A stretch of DNA of 64,000 nt, taken from contig JAFZFH010000134.1 in NCBI GenBank assembly GCA_017555965.1, forward strand, positions 35,673-99,672, in the 5' to 3' direction. The notes below the pieces were generated by a model, which saw nothing but the letters and a program-made list of their open reading frames with translations, ran no database searches and was not told where the DNA came from. A program made the position numbers and the translations under genes. Shown here one piece after another: positions 1 through 11,200 of this stretch (the first letter of the stretch is position 1; each line of letters starts with the position of its first letter). The stretch is from Bacteroidales bacterium. GTDB taxonomy: Bacteria; Bacteroidota; Bacteroidia; Bacteroidales; UBA932.

Positions 1-2799
1 GCTGAAAAGTACTTCAATATCTTCGTGGAGACGTCCTCCACCATTGAAACGAGTATCGATCACGATACCGTAGCAATTGTTATAGCGTCCGAGAATATCT
101 GAATATACTGTTCTGAAACTTGCATCATCCATTCCCTCGATATGTACATATCCGAGTCTTCCACCAGAGAGTTCCTGAACCTTCAGTGCATTCTGCTTCA
201 CCCATCTCTTGTAAAGAAGTGTAGTGAAAGCACTCTCAGTTATAGGACGTACGACCATATCTGTCTTCTCACCGGATGATTTCTGTATGCCGATGAGTGT
301 TCGCTCGCCTGATTTTCTGTCAAGGAAAGGATAATAATCCATACCTTTCTTTATTTCAACACCATTGATAGAAGTGATGATATCCCCTACTGCAAGCTTT
401 GAAGAAGCCTTGTCAAAAGGACCACCTGTAACGATTTCTTCCACCTTAAGACCATCTCCATCCCAGTTCAGATCGAAGAAGAGACCCAGATTGGCCGTAG
501 ATGCGCTTTCTTTGGTCACAGGAACCCTGTAACCACTTCCGGTATGGGAAACATTAAGTTCACCGAGAAGTTCGCTTAAAAGCTCAGCAAAATCATAATT
601 ATTATTGATATGTGGAAGGAACTTTCTATACTCAGCAGTGAGGGTTTCCCAATCTACACCATGCATCTTGGTATTGTAGAAACGTTCCTTCTCCTGGCGA
701 TATACATGATCGAACATATATTCTCTTTCTGCTGCAAGATCCATCACCATTTCTGATCTTACAGGAATGCTTTCTATACTCTTTCCCCCATCCTTCATCT
801 TTGAGAAGCTGCCACCGAGGATATAAAGAGTAGAACTCTTCGAATCCCATTTCATTCTACCGCGGGCAGAACCTATCTTAGTAGGGGTTCCCTTCTCTAT
901 ATCGTATTTCCATAGGTTCATTCCGCTCTCATATGATGCCTGATAATAAAGAGTCTTTCCATCCTTACTCAAGGCAGCAGAACCGAGGCTTGAAGAAGTA
1001 GGAGTGAGTCTTATGATTCTATCTTCTATACCATCGAGTTCAACTACTATATCTTCAACCTTTTCCTTTTTATCTTTTGAATCCTTTTCGTCATCCTTCT
1101 TGGAAAGGGCAGCTATTTCCTTCTCGAATTCCTGCTCTTCCTTAGTCATCTTGAATTCATCATAAGCCTTTCTGTTAAGGAATACTATCATGACATCTTC
1201 AAGAGTACCCCACGAAGCATGGCTTCTCATACCATAACGCTCTGATGCAAAAAGAATTGCATTTCCATCAAGCACCCACTGTGGAGCGCTGTCGGTATAT
1301 CCGCTCTCAGTAAGATTGATCATTGGTTTTCCACCTTCTGTACTTACTATTCCTATATCATCATACGGATAATGGTTTCGAGCACAATAACTCATTAGAA
1401 TCCATTTTCCGTCTGGAGACCAGCTGTAGCTGAAAGAACCGGTAGTAGAATAACACTGGCTTCCGTCAGTAATCTGTCTTGTCTTTCCGGTCTCAAGATT
1501 CATGATCATGAGCCTGTCACGGTTCTCAATATACGCGATCTCCTTTCCGTCTGGAGAATATACAGGTTCACGACGATCCACCTTGTTATTCTTGAACAGA
1601 GGCTTTTCTTCAATCAGGGTAGCATACGGAAAGCTTATATCTTCCTTACGTACTATCTGAGCTGTATAGATGTTCCATATACCCTCTCTTTCAGAGGCAT
1701 AAGCCAATGTCTTTCCGTCTGGAGAAAATACAACGTCAGCCTCAGCGTGAGGTGTGTCTGTAATCTTCTTAACAGTATTATATTCAGTAGAAGCGACAAA
1801 TACCTCTCCTCTGCTGATGAATGCGATCTGCTTTCCATCTGATGAAAGATCATTATCTGAACCACCTGATACAGAAAGCTCTGCAAGATTATCATCAGTC
1901 TTGTCTGAAACTACAGATACATTGATCTTCTTTGGAGATGAGCCATTCTTCTTTACATAAATATCACCATCATATCCATAACAGAGTACATCATTGTCAG
2001 ATACAGTAAGGAATCTTACCGGATGTTTCTTATGCTTTGTAACTGTGGTGATCTGCTTCGGATCATCTACCGGGAAGGAATACACATTGAAACTACCCTC
2101 TCTTTCACTCAGATAATACACTGTCTTTCCATCCTTTGAAACTCTAGGCGAACGGTCCTCACCTTCAAAAGTAGTAAGCTGTACATGCTTTTTGCCATCA
2201 TACATCCACAGATCTCTTGTAATTGATGATGTATGGTGCTTACGCCATATATTTTCTCCTCCCTTGCAGTCCTGATAGAGGAAATTCCCGCTTTTTCCGA
2301 CAAAAGAAACTTCCTCTGCCGGTGTTCCTAGTACCTGCACAGGTCTTCCTCCATTAATGCTTACAGAATAAAGTTCTGTCATAGTACTCTTTGGAAAAAG
2401 TGCACTTGAAGCAGGGTCCTGCATTCTTGAAGAAAATAAGATGTTCTTTCCGTCTGGAGTGAATGTCCACGGAGTATCCTTCGCTGAATGAGTTGTAAGT
2501 CTGACAGGAACACCACCTGAAACGGGTACGGTAAATATATCGAAATTACCATATCTGTCAGAAGCGAAGGCTATGGTCTTTCCGTCTGGAGACCATACTG
2601 GGGAATAGTCATAAGCTGAATTAGATGTAATCTGTCTTGCGTCACCACCTTCAGAATCAACAACATAGATATCACCCTTATAAGAAAAGGCAACATTCTT
2701 TCCGTCTGGAGAAATTGAAGGATAACGCAGCCATGATGCATTTTCAGCTGAAGCACTGAGTGTCAACAAGACAGTCAGTAAAAGATAAATTCGTTTCAT
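1..2799 (-). CDS. Tricorn-type S41 family protease with PD40/WD40-like beta-propellers and PDZ domain (runs off the left edge)
   Basis: Not in ORF track because there is no stop inside the window. Hand-translated from ATG at 2799: signal peptide MKRIYLLLTVLLTLSASA, repeated (W/F)SPDGK motifs, ELLGELNVSHTG, LGYVHIEGMD, IVIDTRFNGGG. Confidence 0.9.
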   Translation of the reverse strand, partial: MKRIYLLLTVLLTLSASAENASWLRYPSISPDGKNVAFSYKGDIYVVDSEGGDARQITSNSAYDYSPVWSPDGKTIAFASDRYGNFDIFTVPVSGGVPVRLTTHSAKDTPWTFTPDGKNILFSSRMQDPASSALFPKSTMTELYSVSINGGRPVQVLGTPAEEVSFVGKSGNFLYQDCKGGENIWRKHHTSSITRDLWMYDGKKHVQLTTFEGEDRSPRVSKDGKTVYYLSEREGSFNVYSFPVDDPKQITTVTKHKKHPVRFLTVSDNDVLCYGYDGDIYVKKNGSSPKKINVSVVSDKTDDNLAELSVSGGSDNDLSSDGKQIAFISRGEVFVASTEYNTVKKITDTPHAEADVVFSPDGKTLAYASEREGIWNIYTAQIVRKEDISFPYATLIEEKPLFKNNKVDRREPVYSPDGKEIAYIENRDRLMIMNLETGKTRQITDGSQCYSTTGSFSYSWSPDGKWILMSYCARNHYPYDDIGIVSTEGGKPMINLTESGYTDSAPQWVLDGNAILFASERYGMRSHASWGTLEDVMIVFLNRKAYDEFKMTKEEQEFEKEIAALSKKDDEKDSKDKKEKVEDIVVELDGIEDRIIRLTPTSSSLGSAALSKDGKTLYYQASYESGMNLWKYDIEKGTPTKIGSARGRMKWDSKSSTLYILGGSFSKMKDGGKSIESIPVRSEMVMDLAAEREYMFDHVYRQEKERFYNTKMHGVDWETLTAEYRKFLPHINNNYDFAELLSELLGELNVSHTGSGYRVPVTKESASTANLGLFFDLNWDGDGLKVEEIVTGGPFDKASSKLAVGDIITSINGVEIKKGMDYYPFLDRKSGERTLIGIQKSSGEKTDMVVRPITESAFTTLLYKRWVKQNALKVQELSGGRLGYVHIEGMDDASFRTVYSDILGRYNNCYGIVIDTRFNGGGRLHEDIEVLFS

Positions 2800-2824
2800 A
2801 GTGTTTATTATTTACATGCAGATA

Positions 2825-2832
2825 CAAAGATA
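2825..2832 (-). promoter_or_regulatory. Bacteroidetes sigma-A -7 element (TATCTTTG) for the tricorn protease gene
   Basis: caaagata on + strand = TAnnTTTG on - strand, 26 nt upstream of ATG. Confidence 0.65.
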
Positions 2833-2834
2833 AT

Positions 2835-2862
2835 AAAAAAAGGGACCACAATCGTGGCCCCT
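2835..2862 (-). terminator. Intrinsic terminator after sdhB
   Basis: Stem agggaccac/gtggcccct with an A-tract on its left (U-tract on - strand). Confidence 0.75.
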
Positions 2863-2883
2863 TGAATATTGAGTCTTAACAGA

Positions 2884-3663
2884 TTAGTCCTGCATCTTAG
2901 CGCAGAGGAACTCACGGTTAAGACGAGCAATGTGAGTTACTGTGATGTGCTTAGGGCACTCCATCTCACAAGCCTTAGTGTTTGTACAAGCACCGAATCC
3001 GAGCTCGTCCATCTTTGCCACCATAGCCTTAGCGCGTCTTGCTGCCTCAACCTTACCCTGTGGGAGAAGTGCGAGTGAGCTTACACGTGCAGCTACGAAA
3101 AGCATAGCTGAACCGTTCTTACATGTTGCAACGCAAGCACCGCAACCTACGCAAGCAGCACCGTCCATGCTCTCCTCAGCATCAGCCTGAGGGATAGGAA
3201 TAGCGTTTCCATCAGGAACTCCACCAGTACCAACTGATACATAACCACCAGCCTGGAGGATCTTGTCGAATGCCTGACGGTCAACAACGAGGTCCTTGAT
3301 TACAGGGAAACCCTTTGATCTCCAAGGCTCGATTGTGATTGTGTCACCATCCTTGAACTTACGCATATGCAACTGGCATGTAGTAACTTCATCATCTGGT
3401 CCGTGTGCACGGCCGTTGATGTAAAGTGAACATGCACCGCAGATACCCTCGCGGCAGTCATGATCGAAAGATACAGGACCGCTGCTCTTGCATCCCTTCT
3501 CGACAGCTACCGGATCTACACCCTCAGCGATAAGCTGCTCATTGAGGATATCGAGCATCTCGAGGAATGAGCTGTCAGAGGAAATATTCTTAACCTTATA
3601 GGTCTCAAAATGTCCTTTTGCCTTGGCGTTTTTCTGACGCCATACTTTCAATGTCAAATCCAT
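2884..3663 (-). CDS. sdhB: Succinate dehydrogenase/fumarate reductase iron-sulfur subunit
   Basis: [13 protein letters not shown] 2Fe-2S motif, [23 protein letters not shown]; follows the flavoprotein gene. Confidence 0.95.
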   Translation of the reverse strand: MDLTLKVWRQKNAKAKGHFETYKVKNISSDSSFLEMLDILNEQLIAEGVDPVAVEKGCKSSGPVSFDHDCREGICGACSLYINGRAHGPDDEVTTCQLHMRKFKDGDTITIEPWRSKGFPVIKDLVVDRQAFDKILQAGGYVSVGTGGVPDGNAIPIPQADAEESMDGAACVGCGACVATCKNGSAMLFVAARVSSLALLPQGKVEAARRAKAMVAKMDELGFGACTNTKACEMECPKHITVTHIARLNREFLCAKMQD

Positions 3664-3668
3664 GTCAA

Positions 3669-5615
3669 TTAGTCTTTATAGTTTCTGGTAGCAATCTTAA
3701 TATTCTCATATACAAGAGGTTCCTTGTGGAGTTCAGGCTCAACGCCCTCACCCTTGTACTCCCAAGCTGCTACATACATGTAGTTCTCGTCATCACGCTT
3801 AGTCTCACCATCCTCAGTCTGCATCTCCTCACGGAAGTGACCTCCGCAAGACTCGTTACGGTTGAGTGCGTCGCGTGCCATGAGCTCACCGATTTCGAAG
3901 AAGTCTACGAGACGGAGAGCCTTCTCAAGCTCCTGGTTGAACTGATCGTTGTCACCTGCAACGTATACGTTCTTCCAGAACTCAGCCTTGAGTGCCTGGA
4001 TCTTCACGATAGCTTCCTTAAGACCTGCCTCGTTACGAGCCATACCTACATTGTCCCACATGATAAGACCAAGTTCCTTGTGGAATGAATCCACAGATCT
4101 CTTACCCTTAACTGCGAAAAGCTTAGCGATCTTGTCGTTTACAGCCTTTTCTGCCTCAGCGAACTCAGGTGCGTTGATGTCAGTCTTAGGCTCCTTGAAC
4201 TTGCTTGCGAGGTAGTCGCCGATAGTGTAAGGAAGGATGAAGTAACCGTCAGCAAGACCCTGCATGAGAGCTGATGCACCAAGACGGTTTCCACCGTGGT
4301 CTGAGAAATTAGCCTCACCGATAGCGTAGAGACCAGGAACAGTTGTCTGGAGGTTATAGTCTACCCAGATACCACCCATTGTATAGTGGATAGCAGGATA
4401 GATCATCATAGGCTCCTTATATGGATCTGTATCAGTAATCTTCTCGTACATCTGGAAGAGGTTACCGTATCTTGCAGCGATTACATCCTTACCAAGACGC
4501 TCGATGGCTGTCTTGAAATCAAGGAATACTGCGAGACCTGTATTGTTTACACCGTAACCGGCGTCGCAACGCTCCTTAGCAGCACGTGATGCAACGTCAC
4601 GTGGAACGAGGTTACCGAATGCAGGGTAACGACGCTCGAGATAGTAGTCACGATCCTCTTCAGGGATGTCGACACCTCTCTTAGTACCAGCCTGAAGTGC
4701 CTTGGCATCCTCAATCTTCTTAGGTACCCAGATACGTCCGTCGTTACGGAGAGACTCAGACATAAGAGTAAGCTTAGACTGCTGGTCTCCGTGTACAGGA
4801 ATACATGTAGGGTGGATCTGTGCGAAGCAAGGGTTTGCGAAGTATGCACCCTTCTTGTAGCACTGCCATGCTGCTGAACCGTTTGAGTTCATAGCGTTTG
4901 TTGAAAGGAAGTATGCGTTACCGTAACCTCCTGTTGCGATTACAACTGCATGAGCACCGAATCTCTCAATCTTACCTGTTACAAGGTTTCTTGCGATGAT
5001 ACCCTTAGCCTCACCATTGATGAGAACTACGTCGAGCATCTCATAACGTGGGTAGCTCTTTACTGTACCGGCTGCGATCTGACGGTTAAGGGCAGCGTAA
5101 GCACCGAGAAGGAGCTGCTGTCCGGTTTGTCCGCGGGCATAGAAGGTACGACTAACCTGCGCACCTCCAAAAGAGCGGTTGGCGAGAAGTCCGCCGTATT
5201 CCCTTGCAAAAGGAACACCCTGTGCAACGCACTGGTCAATGATGAGGTTACTTACCTCAGCAAGACGATAAACGTTTGCCTCGCGTGCACGATAGTCTCC
5301 TCCCTTGATTGTATCGTAGAAGAGACGATAGATTGAGTCGTTGTCATTCTGGTAGTTCTTTGCAGCGTTGATACCACCCTGTGCAGCAATTGAATGCGCA
5401 CGACGAGGTGAGTCGCTGATGCAGAATACCTTTACATTGTAACCAAGCTCACCGAGTGAAGCAGCAGCAGATGCTCCACCGAGACCTGTTCCTACAACAA
5501 TGACTTCGAGTTTTCTTTTGTTGCCAGGGCTGACAACACGGATCTGAGATTTGTGCTTTGTCCATTTCTCTGACAAAGGTCCCTCAGGAATCTTAGAAAT
5601 AAGTTTTTCGGCCAT
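3669..5615 (-). CDS. sdhA: Succinate dehydrogenase/fumarate reductase flavoprotein subunit
   Basis: [11 protein letters not shown]-binding motif, [43 protein letters not shown]; start taken at ATG 5615 (MAEKL). Confidence 0.95.
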   Translation of the reverse strand: MAEKLISKIPEGPLSEKWTKHKSQIRVVSPGNKRKLEVIVVGTGLGGASAAASLGELGYNVKVFCISDSPRRAHSIAAQGGINAAKNYQNDNDSIYRLFYDTIKGGDYRAREANVYRLAEVSNLIIDQCVAQGVPFAREYGGLLANRSFGGAQVSRTFYARGQTGQQLLLGAYAALNRQIAAGTVKSYPRYEMLDVVLINGEAKGIIARNLVTGKIERFGAHAVVIATGGYGNAYFLSTNAMNSNGSAAWQCYKKGAYFANPCFAQIHPTCIPVHGDQQSKLTLMSESLRNDGRIWVPKKIEDAKALQAGTKRGVDIPEEDRDYYLERRYPAFGNLVPRDVASRAAKERCDAGYGVNNTGLAVFLDFKTAIERLGKDVIAARYGNLFQMYEKITDTDPYKEPMMIYPAIHYTMGGIWVDYNLQTTVPGLYAIGEANFSDHGGNRLGASALMQGLADGYFILPYTIGDYLASKFKEPKTDINAPEFAEAEKAVNDKIAKLFAVKGKRSVDSFHKELGLIMWDNVGMARNEAGLKEAIVKIQALKAEFWKNVYVAGDNDQFNQELEKALRLVDFFEIGELMARDALNRNESCGGHFREEMQTEDGETKRDDENYMYVAAWEYKGEGVEPELHKEPLVYENIKIATRNYKD

Positions 5616-5714
5616 TTTATAGAGTGTTAAATGAAATTTCGGCACAATTTTAATGAAAATCGGCCGATTTACAAATTAAATCGACCGATTCCCCCTCATT
5701 TATGATAGGTATTA

Positions 5715-6869
5715 TTAATATGTTATATTTTCCATGATCTTTTTAGCGGCTTCAAGATGCTTTTTCATCACCTTATCATATTTTTTAAGATAATTTTCTT
5801 TACTTATTTCACCACTGATGAAACTGTTGTGAAGGTCATTGAAATCCACCTGAAACGGCTGGTCGAGATGTCCGAAAAGCTCGGACAGGAATACTGCCTT
5901 TTCAAGATCGACCGGTCCATCCTTACCTTCAGGATACATGAGTTTCTTGACTTCCATGGAAACGTCGCATAACAAGGCATTGTCACAGATCTTTCCTTTT
6001 TTGAGCATATCAGGTATATGATCCTCATCGGTTACGACTACAGGTACAGTAACTGTAGCTGAAGGATTTCCAAGAGCCGTCCATAGAACTATATTTTCAG
6101 GAGACTCACCAGGCTTGACTCCCTGTATAACCATAGCGGCAGAAGTCATATGACGAGGTATGAAAAGAGAATCACCTTGATGCTCATAAGTTCTTGACAG
6201 GGAATCCATTATAACCTGCTTGTCCATCTTGACGAATACTTTGCCATCTTTCTTCTGACGGGCCATTATATCAGATGCAGTCATATATCTTTCCACACCC
6301 TTCCAGTCTTCTCTACGTCCGGTAACGGAAAAATTGGTCACTACGCAATATCCTTCCTCCATAGCAGTCACATCACGTTTGACATAACCGTCATTGCAGG
6401 TCTCATAATATGCAGCTCCTCCAAAAGCATCTATACAGCCGAAATTCGCCTCAACTCCCATAGGACGGGAAAGTGTATCCAGAAAATGCTCGAAATCTTT
6501 TAAAGTGGCGCATATTTCCAATGCACGATACATCACAACGCCCTCTCTGTCCATTTCCGAAGCAGGTACATCATCATCCTTGAGACAATATGAAGCTGTG
6601 TTCATGATGGAAAATCCAGCTGTATTGCTTCCCATCCACACTTCCCTACCCAAATTTCCTTCTGTAGAATTGACAAGTCCTACGAAAGAATATCTTTCAC
6701 CATTGAAATATTCAAGACGGTTATCAAGAGTTCCTGTATCGCGATGCTTCCACATCAACGGTCTTCCATCAGGAGTGGCTGACCCGGAGATAATGACAGA
6801 CGTGCAGGCTTCAGAAGTTATAGAAACCATCATTCCTATAACAGCAAGTAGTATATATAGTCTTTTCAT
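5715..6869 (-). CDS. Secreted Ntn-hydrolase (C45 / acyl-CoA:6-APA acyltransferase-like family)
   Basis: Signal peptide then A-CTSVIISG...DGRPLMWKHRD (N-terminal Cys nucleophile), GSNTAGFSIMNT; start at ATG 6869. Confidence 0.75.
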   Translation of the reverse strand: MKRLYILLAVIGMMVSITSEACTSVIISGSATPDGRPLMWKHRDTGTLDNRLEYFNGERYSFVGLVNSTEGNLGREVWMGSNTAGFSIMNTASYCLKDDDVPASEMDREGVVMYRALEICATLKDFEHFLDTLSRPMGVEANFGCIDAFGGAAYYETCNDGYVKRDVTAMEEGYCVVTNFSVTGRREDWKGVERYMTASDIMARQKKDGKVFVKMDKQVIMDSLSRTYEHQGDSLFIPRHMTSAAMVIQGVKPGESPENIVLWTALGNPSATVTVPVVVTDEDHIPDMLKKGKICDNALLCDVSMEVKKLMYPEGKDGPVDLEKAVFLSELFGHLDQPFQVDFNDLHNSFISGEISKENYLKKYDKVMKKHLEAAKKIMENITY

Positions 6870-6873
6870 ATGA

Positions 6874-7902
6874 TCAGAATAACGTAGGATCATCCATATT
6901 TATGTTACCTTTTTCGAGTCCGAGGTGGCGGTAAGCGAGTTCTGTCGCTTCCCTGCCTCGAGGTGTACGCATGATGAATCCTTCCTTTATGAGGAAAGGT
7001 TCATATACCTCTTCGAGAGTACCCTGATCCTCTCCAACAGCTGTTGCAATCGTATTTGCACCCACAGGACCTCCCTTGAACTTTGTGATGATGGTCTTGA
7101 GTATCTTATTGTCGATAGCATCCAATCCCCTCTTGTCAATATTGAGTGCATCAAGGGCATACCTTGCTATCTTCAGGTCAACCTTGCCGTTTCCCATCAC
7201 CTGGGCAAAGTCACGTACTCTTCTCAAGAGTGAGTTGGCTATTCGAGGAGTTCCACGGCTTCTCAAAGCTATTTCATAAGCAGCATCCTGCTCAATCTCG
7301 ACCTTCAGTATTGACGCACTTCTCTTTACTATATTCACCAATGTCGGTGTGTCATAGTATTCCATCGCACACGTGATTCCGAAACGTGCTCTCAAAGGAG
7401 AGGTGAGCAGACCGCTTCTGGTCGTAGCACCAACGAGAGTGAAAGGATTAAGGGATATGCGCACAGAACGTGCTCCTGGGCCTTTATCTATCATTATATC
7501 AATGACATAATCTTCCATAGCGGAATAAAGATATTCCTCGACTACTGGAGAAAGTCGATGGATTTCATCGATGAAAAGCACATCACCCTCCTCAAGAGAT
7601 GTAAGAAGTCCGGCAAGATCACCGGGCTTATCGAGTATAGGGCCGGAAGTGACCTTCATGTTGACTCCAAGCTCATTTGCTATGATATGGGCAAGGGTTG
7701 TCTTTCCCAAGCCAGGAGGGCCATGAAAAAGCACGTGATCGAGAGATTCTCCTCTCATTTTTGCAGCGGCAACGAAGATTTTAAGGTTGGATACAATCTT
7801 GTCCTGACCGGTAAAGTCTTGAAGATCCTGTGGACGGATTATTCCGTCCAATTCCTTATCTTTGCCATCATTGATATTGTGCGGATCGAAATCGGTAGCC
7901 AT
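6874..7902 (-). CDS. ruvB: Holliday junction branch migration helicase RuvB
   Basis: IRPQ...[52 protein letters not shown]. Confidence 0.97.
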   Translation of the reverse strand: MATDFDPHNINDGKDKELDGIIRPQDLQDFTGQDKIVSNLKIFVAAAKMRGESLDHVLFHGPPGLGKTTLAHIIANELGVNMKVTSGPILDKPGDLAGLLTSLEEGDVLFIDEIHRLSPVVEEYLYSAMEDYVIDIMIDKGPGARSVRISLNPFTLVGATTRSGLLTSPLRARFGITCAMEYYDTPTLVNIVKRSASILKVEIEQDAAYEIALRSRGTPRIANSLLRRVRDFAQVMGNGKVDLKIARYALDALNIDKRGLDAIDNKILKTIITKFKGGPVGANTIATAVGEDQGTLEEVYEPFLIKEGFIMRTPRGREATELAYRHLGLEKGNINMDDPTLF

Positions 7903-7924
7903 GTTCATCAAAATAATTATATAC

Positions 7925-8200
7925 AAATATATATCTTTATTTTTAAAATATGATGATGATTATATCTGTGTTGATATGTTGAAAACCGATTTTGAGTATT
8001 GATCATCAATAATTTAGATATTTGATTGACTGTTGAAAACCCTGCTCTGAAGTCATTGATAAGAATTTTAAAAAAAACTTTGAAATAATTTCTGACTGTC
8101 GGAATATACCGATTTTCGTAATTATATAATTTAGTTTTCATATGTTTTCAACCGGGTTTTAAACAGGTTATCAACAGAAATTAGGGTAAAATGTTAATAA
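7925..8200. other. Probable chromosomal replication origin (oriC)
   Basis: AT-rich tract, NAN trinucleotide run at 7946-7963, DnaA-box-like 9-mers at 7969, 7977, 8031, 8145, 8157, 8168, 8192; genes diverge on both sides. Confidence 0.7.
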
Positions 8201-11200
8201 GTACAGAATCCATAAACAAACTCGCGGAGAATATCTCCTCATCAGATGAAACCTTCTGCAGCGGTCTCTTTCTTTCCGCCAGATGGTTTACTGTATCTCA
8301 GCTTGACAACGATGGTTTTCAGATGATTGTTCTTCCTGACAAGGATTCTGCCGAATATTGTGCTGCCGATCTTTATAATCTTATAGAAGGGGACAGGATA
8401 TTCTTCCTTCCAGATTCAGGAAAGACCCTCGAGAGGAGTAATTATAAATCCACTTTAGGAGTTCAGAGAACCTCTGCAATAGGTAAGATATTGGAATATG
8501 ACGAAGGTCAGCTTGTGGTTGTCACCTACCCTTCAGCTCTTGAAGAGGGGATTCCTGACAGCGGAAGAATAAAGGAATCCATACTTCATCTTACTGTCGG
8601 TGATGAGATAAGTCATGAAAGCATTGTTGAAGCAATGTTTGAAAGCGGTTTCAACAAAGTGGACTTTGTAGCGGAGCCCGGACAGTTCGCAATAAGAGGC
8701 GCCATTGTGGACATATTCTCATATTCATACAATAATCCTTTCCGTATATCTTTCTTTGGAGATGAAATAGATTCAATAACTGTATTTGACTGTAATACCC
8801 AGCTGTCTAAGGAGAAGGTCCAAAAGGCGGAAATATACCCTGACATCACATATTCGGAAGATAAAGATGCAATGACAAGCATATTGGATATTCTTCCTGA
8901 TGATACCCTCATATGGCTGGATTCATCCGACGTCTATAAGAATAAGGATTTCTTCAAAGGACTTGACAGATTCAGACGTATCTACATGGAACTTCCTCTT
9001 TCAAGGCAGAATGAGGAAGCCATAAAGTTCAATATATCTCCTCAGCCTGTGTTCAACAAGAATTTCGAACTCCTTACTGAGGATATAAGGAAACGTCTGG
9101 AGGGTGGATACAGAGTCAGAATCTATGGTGAAAAGCTGTCTCAGCTGGAAAGATTGAAGTCGATACTTTCCCAGAACTCTCATATTCTTCCTGAATTCAT
9201 AGCCGGATGTAATATCCATAACGGATTCATTGATCATGAAAACAAGGTATGTTGTTACAGCGATCATGAAATATTTGACCGTTTCCATAGGGTCAGCATA
9301 AGAAGGACTGTGGAAAAAAGCGAGCAGCTTACATTGAATGACCTTACTTCTTTTGCAATAGGTGACTATATAGTCCATATCGATTATGGAGTTGGAGTGT
9401 TCGGCGGACTTGTACGCATGAAGGATGACAAAGGCAGGATGCATGAGGTTGTAAAACTCATGTATAAGGATAACGATGTAGTATTTGTTTCTGTTCATGC
9501 TCTCCATAAGATATCACGATATAAATCGAAGGATTCCGAACCTCCTAAGATTCATAAACTAGGATCGAAGGCATGGCAGAATCTCAAGGCCAGCACAAAG
9601 TCCAAGGTAAAGGATATAGCGAAGGATCTTATCCAGCTGTATGCAAAAAGAAAAAGTGTCAAGGGTTTTGCTTTTTCAGCTGATACATATCTGCAGCAGG
9701 AACTTGAATCTTCATTCATGTATGAGGATACTCCTGATCAGGAAAAAGCTGTCTATGCTGTGAAGAGGGATATGGAAGATGATTGTCCTATGGACAGACT
9801 TGTATGCGGTGATGTAGGCTTCGGTAAGACAGAGGTTGCCGTGCGAGCTGCATTCAAGGCTGTTGCGGACAGCAAGCAGGTAGCGGTGCTGGTGCCTACC
9901 ACCATCCTGGCTCTTCAGCATTACAATACATTCAAGAACAGGTTGAAGGACCTTCCTTGCAATATCGATTATGTCAGCAGACTTCGTACTGCAAAGGAAA
10001 TTTCCGATATACAGAAGAGGCTTAAGGCAGGTACTCTTGATATAGTCATAGGAACTCATAAGCTTATTGGAAAAGGATTTGAATTCAAGGATATCGGACT
10101 GCTCATCATCGACGAGGAGCAGAAGTTCGGAGTGAGCGCAAAGGAAAAGCTTCGTCAGTTGAAGGAATCTGTAGATACACTGACCCTTACGGCTACTCCT
10201 ATACCTAGAACTCTCCAGTTCTCCTTGCTTGGAGCCAGAGACTTGTCCATCATAAATACTCCACCTCCGAACAGAATACCTGTTCAGACAGAAATAATGC
10301 TGTTTGATCATGATGAGATAAGGAAGATCATCGATTATGAGCTTAACAGAGGAGGACAGATATTCTTCATTCATAACAGAGTGGAAGAGCTTCAGTCCAT
10401 TCATGACATTCTTCACAGGCTTGTACCCGATATGAAGATATGTGTTGCTCACGGACAGATGGAGGCTAAGATTCTTGAAAACAAGATCCTTGACTTTATG
10501 GCAGGTGATTATGACATGCTTTTATGTACCACCATCATAGAGAACGGACTTGATGTGCCTAATGCGAATACCATAATCATAAATCAGGCGCAGAATATAG
10601 GCTTGAGTGATCTCCATCAGCTCAGAGGTCGTGTCGGACGTTCCAATAGAAGATCCTTCTGTTATCTGATCGTACCTCCTCTTGTGTCCATTACTGAAGA
10701 TGCACGTCGCAGATTGAAGGCTATCGAGTCTTTCTCAGATCTTGGAAGCGGATTTAACATAGCCATGCAGGACCTTGATATCAGAGGTGCAGGTAATCTT
10801 CTGGGAGCTGAACAGAGCGGATTCATTACTGACATGGGATTTGAGACATATCAGAAGATTCTTGCTGAAGCTATGGAGGAACTCGGTGTAGAGACGGGAA
10901 TATCTTCCAAGAACAGTTCTGACAATTATGTTTCTGACTGTACTATAGAGACAGACCAGCTTGCCCTTATTCCTGATTCATACATTGATATGACTTCTGA
11001 AAAGATAAGGATATATAAGGAACTTGATTCATTGTCTTCGGAAAAGGAAATCGATCAGATGAAGAAAAGGCTTTCTGACCGTTTCGGTGCTGTCCCTGAA
11101 GAACTTTCAAGACTTTTTGATATTGTAAGGATAAGACAGCTCGGACAGAAACTTGGTTTTGAGAAGATCATAATGAAGAATGGAGTCATGATTGCCTTCT

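Noticed and set aside
632-2756. Several short minus-strand ORFs suggesting a fragmented gene
   Set aside because: They are alternative frames; the real frame from 2799 reads open to the window edge.
7917-8141. 74-aa ORF in the ruvB-mfd spacer
   Set aside because: Non-ATG start, low complexity, and it overlaps the DnaA-box cluster.
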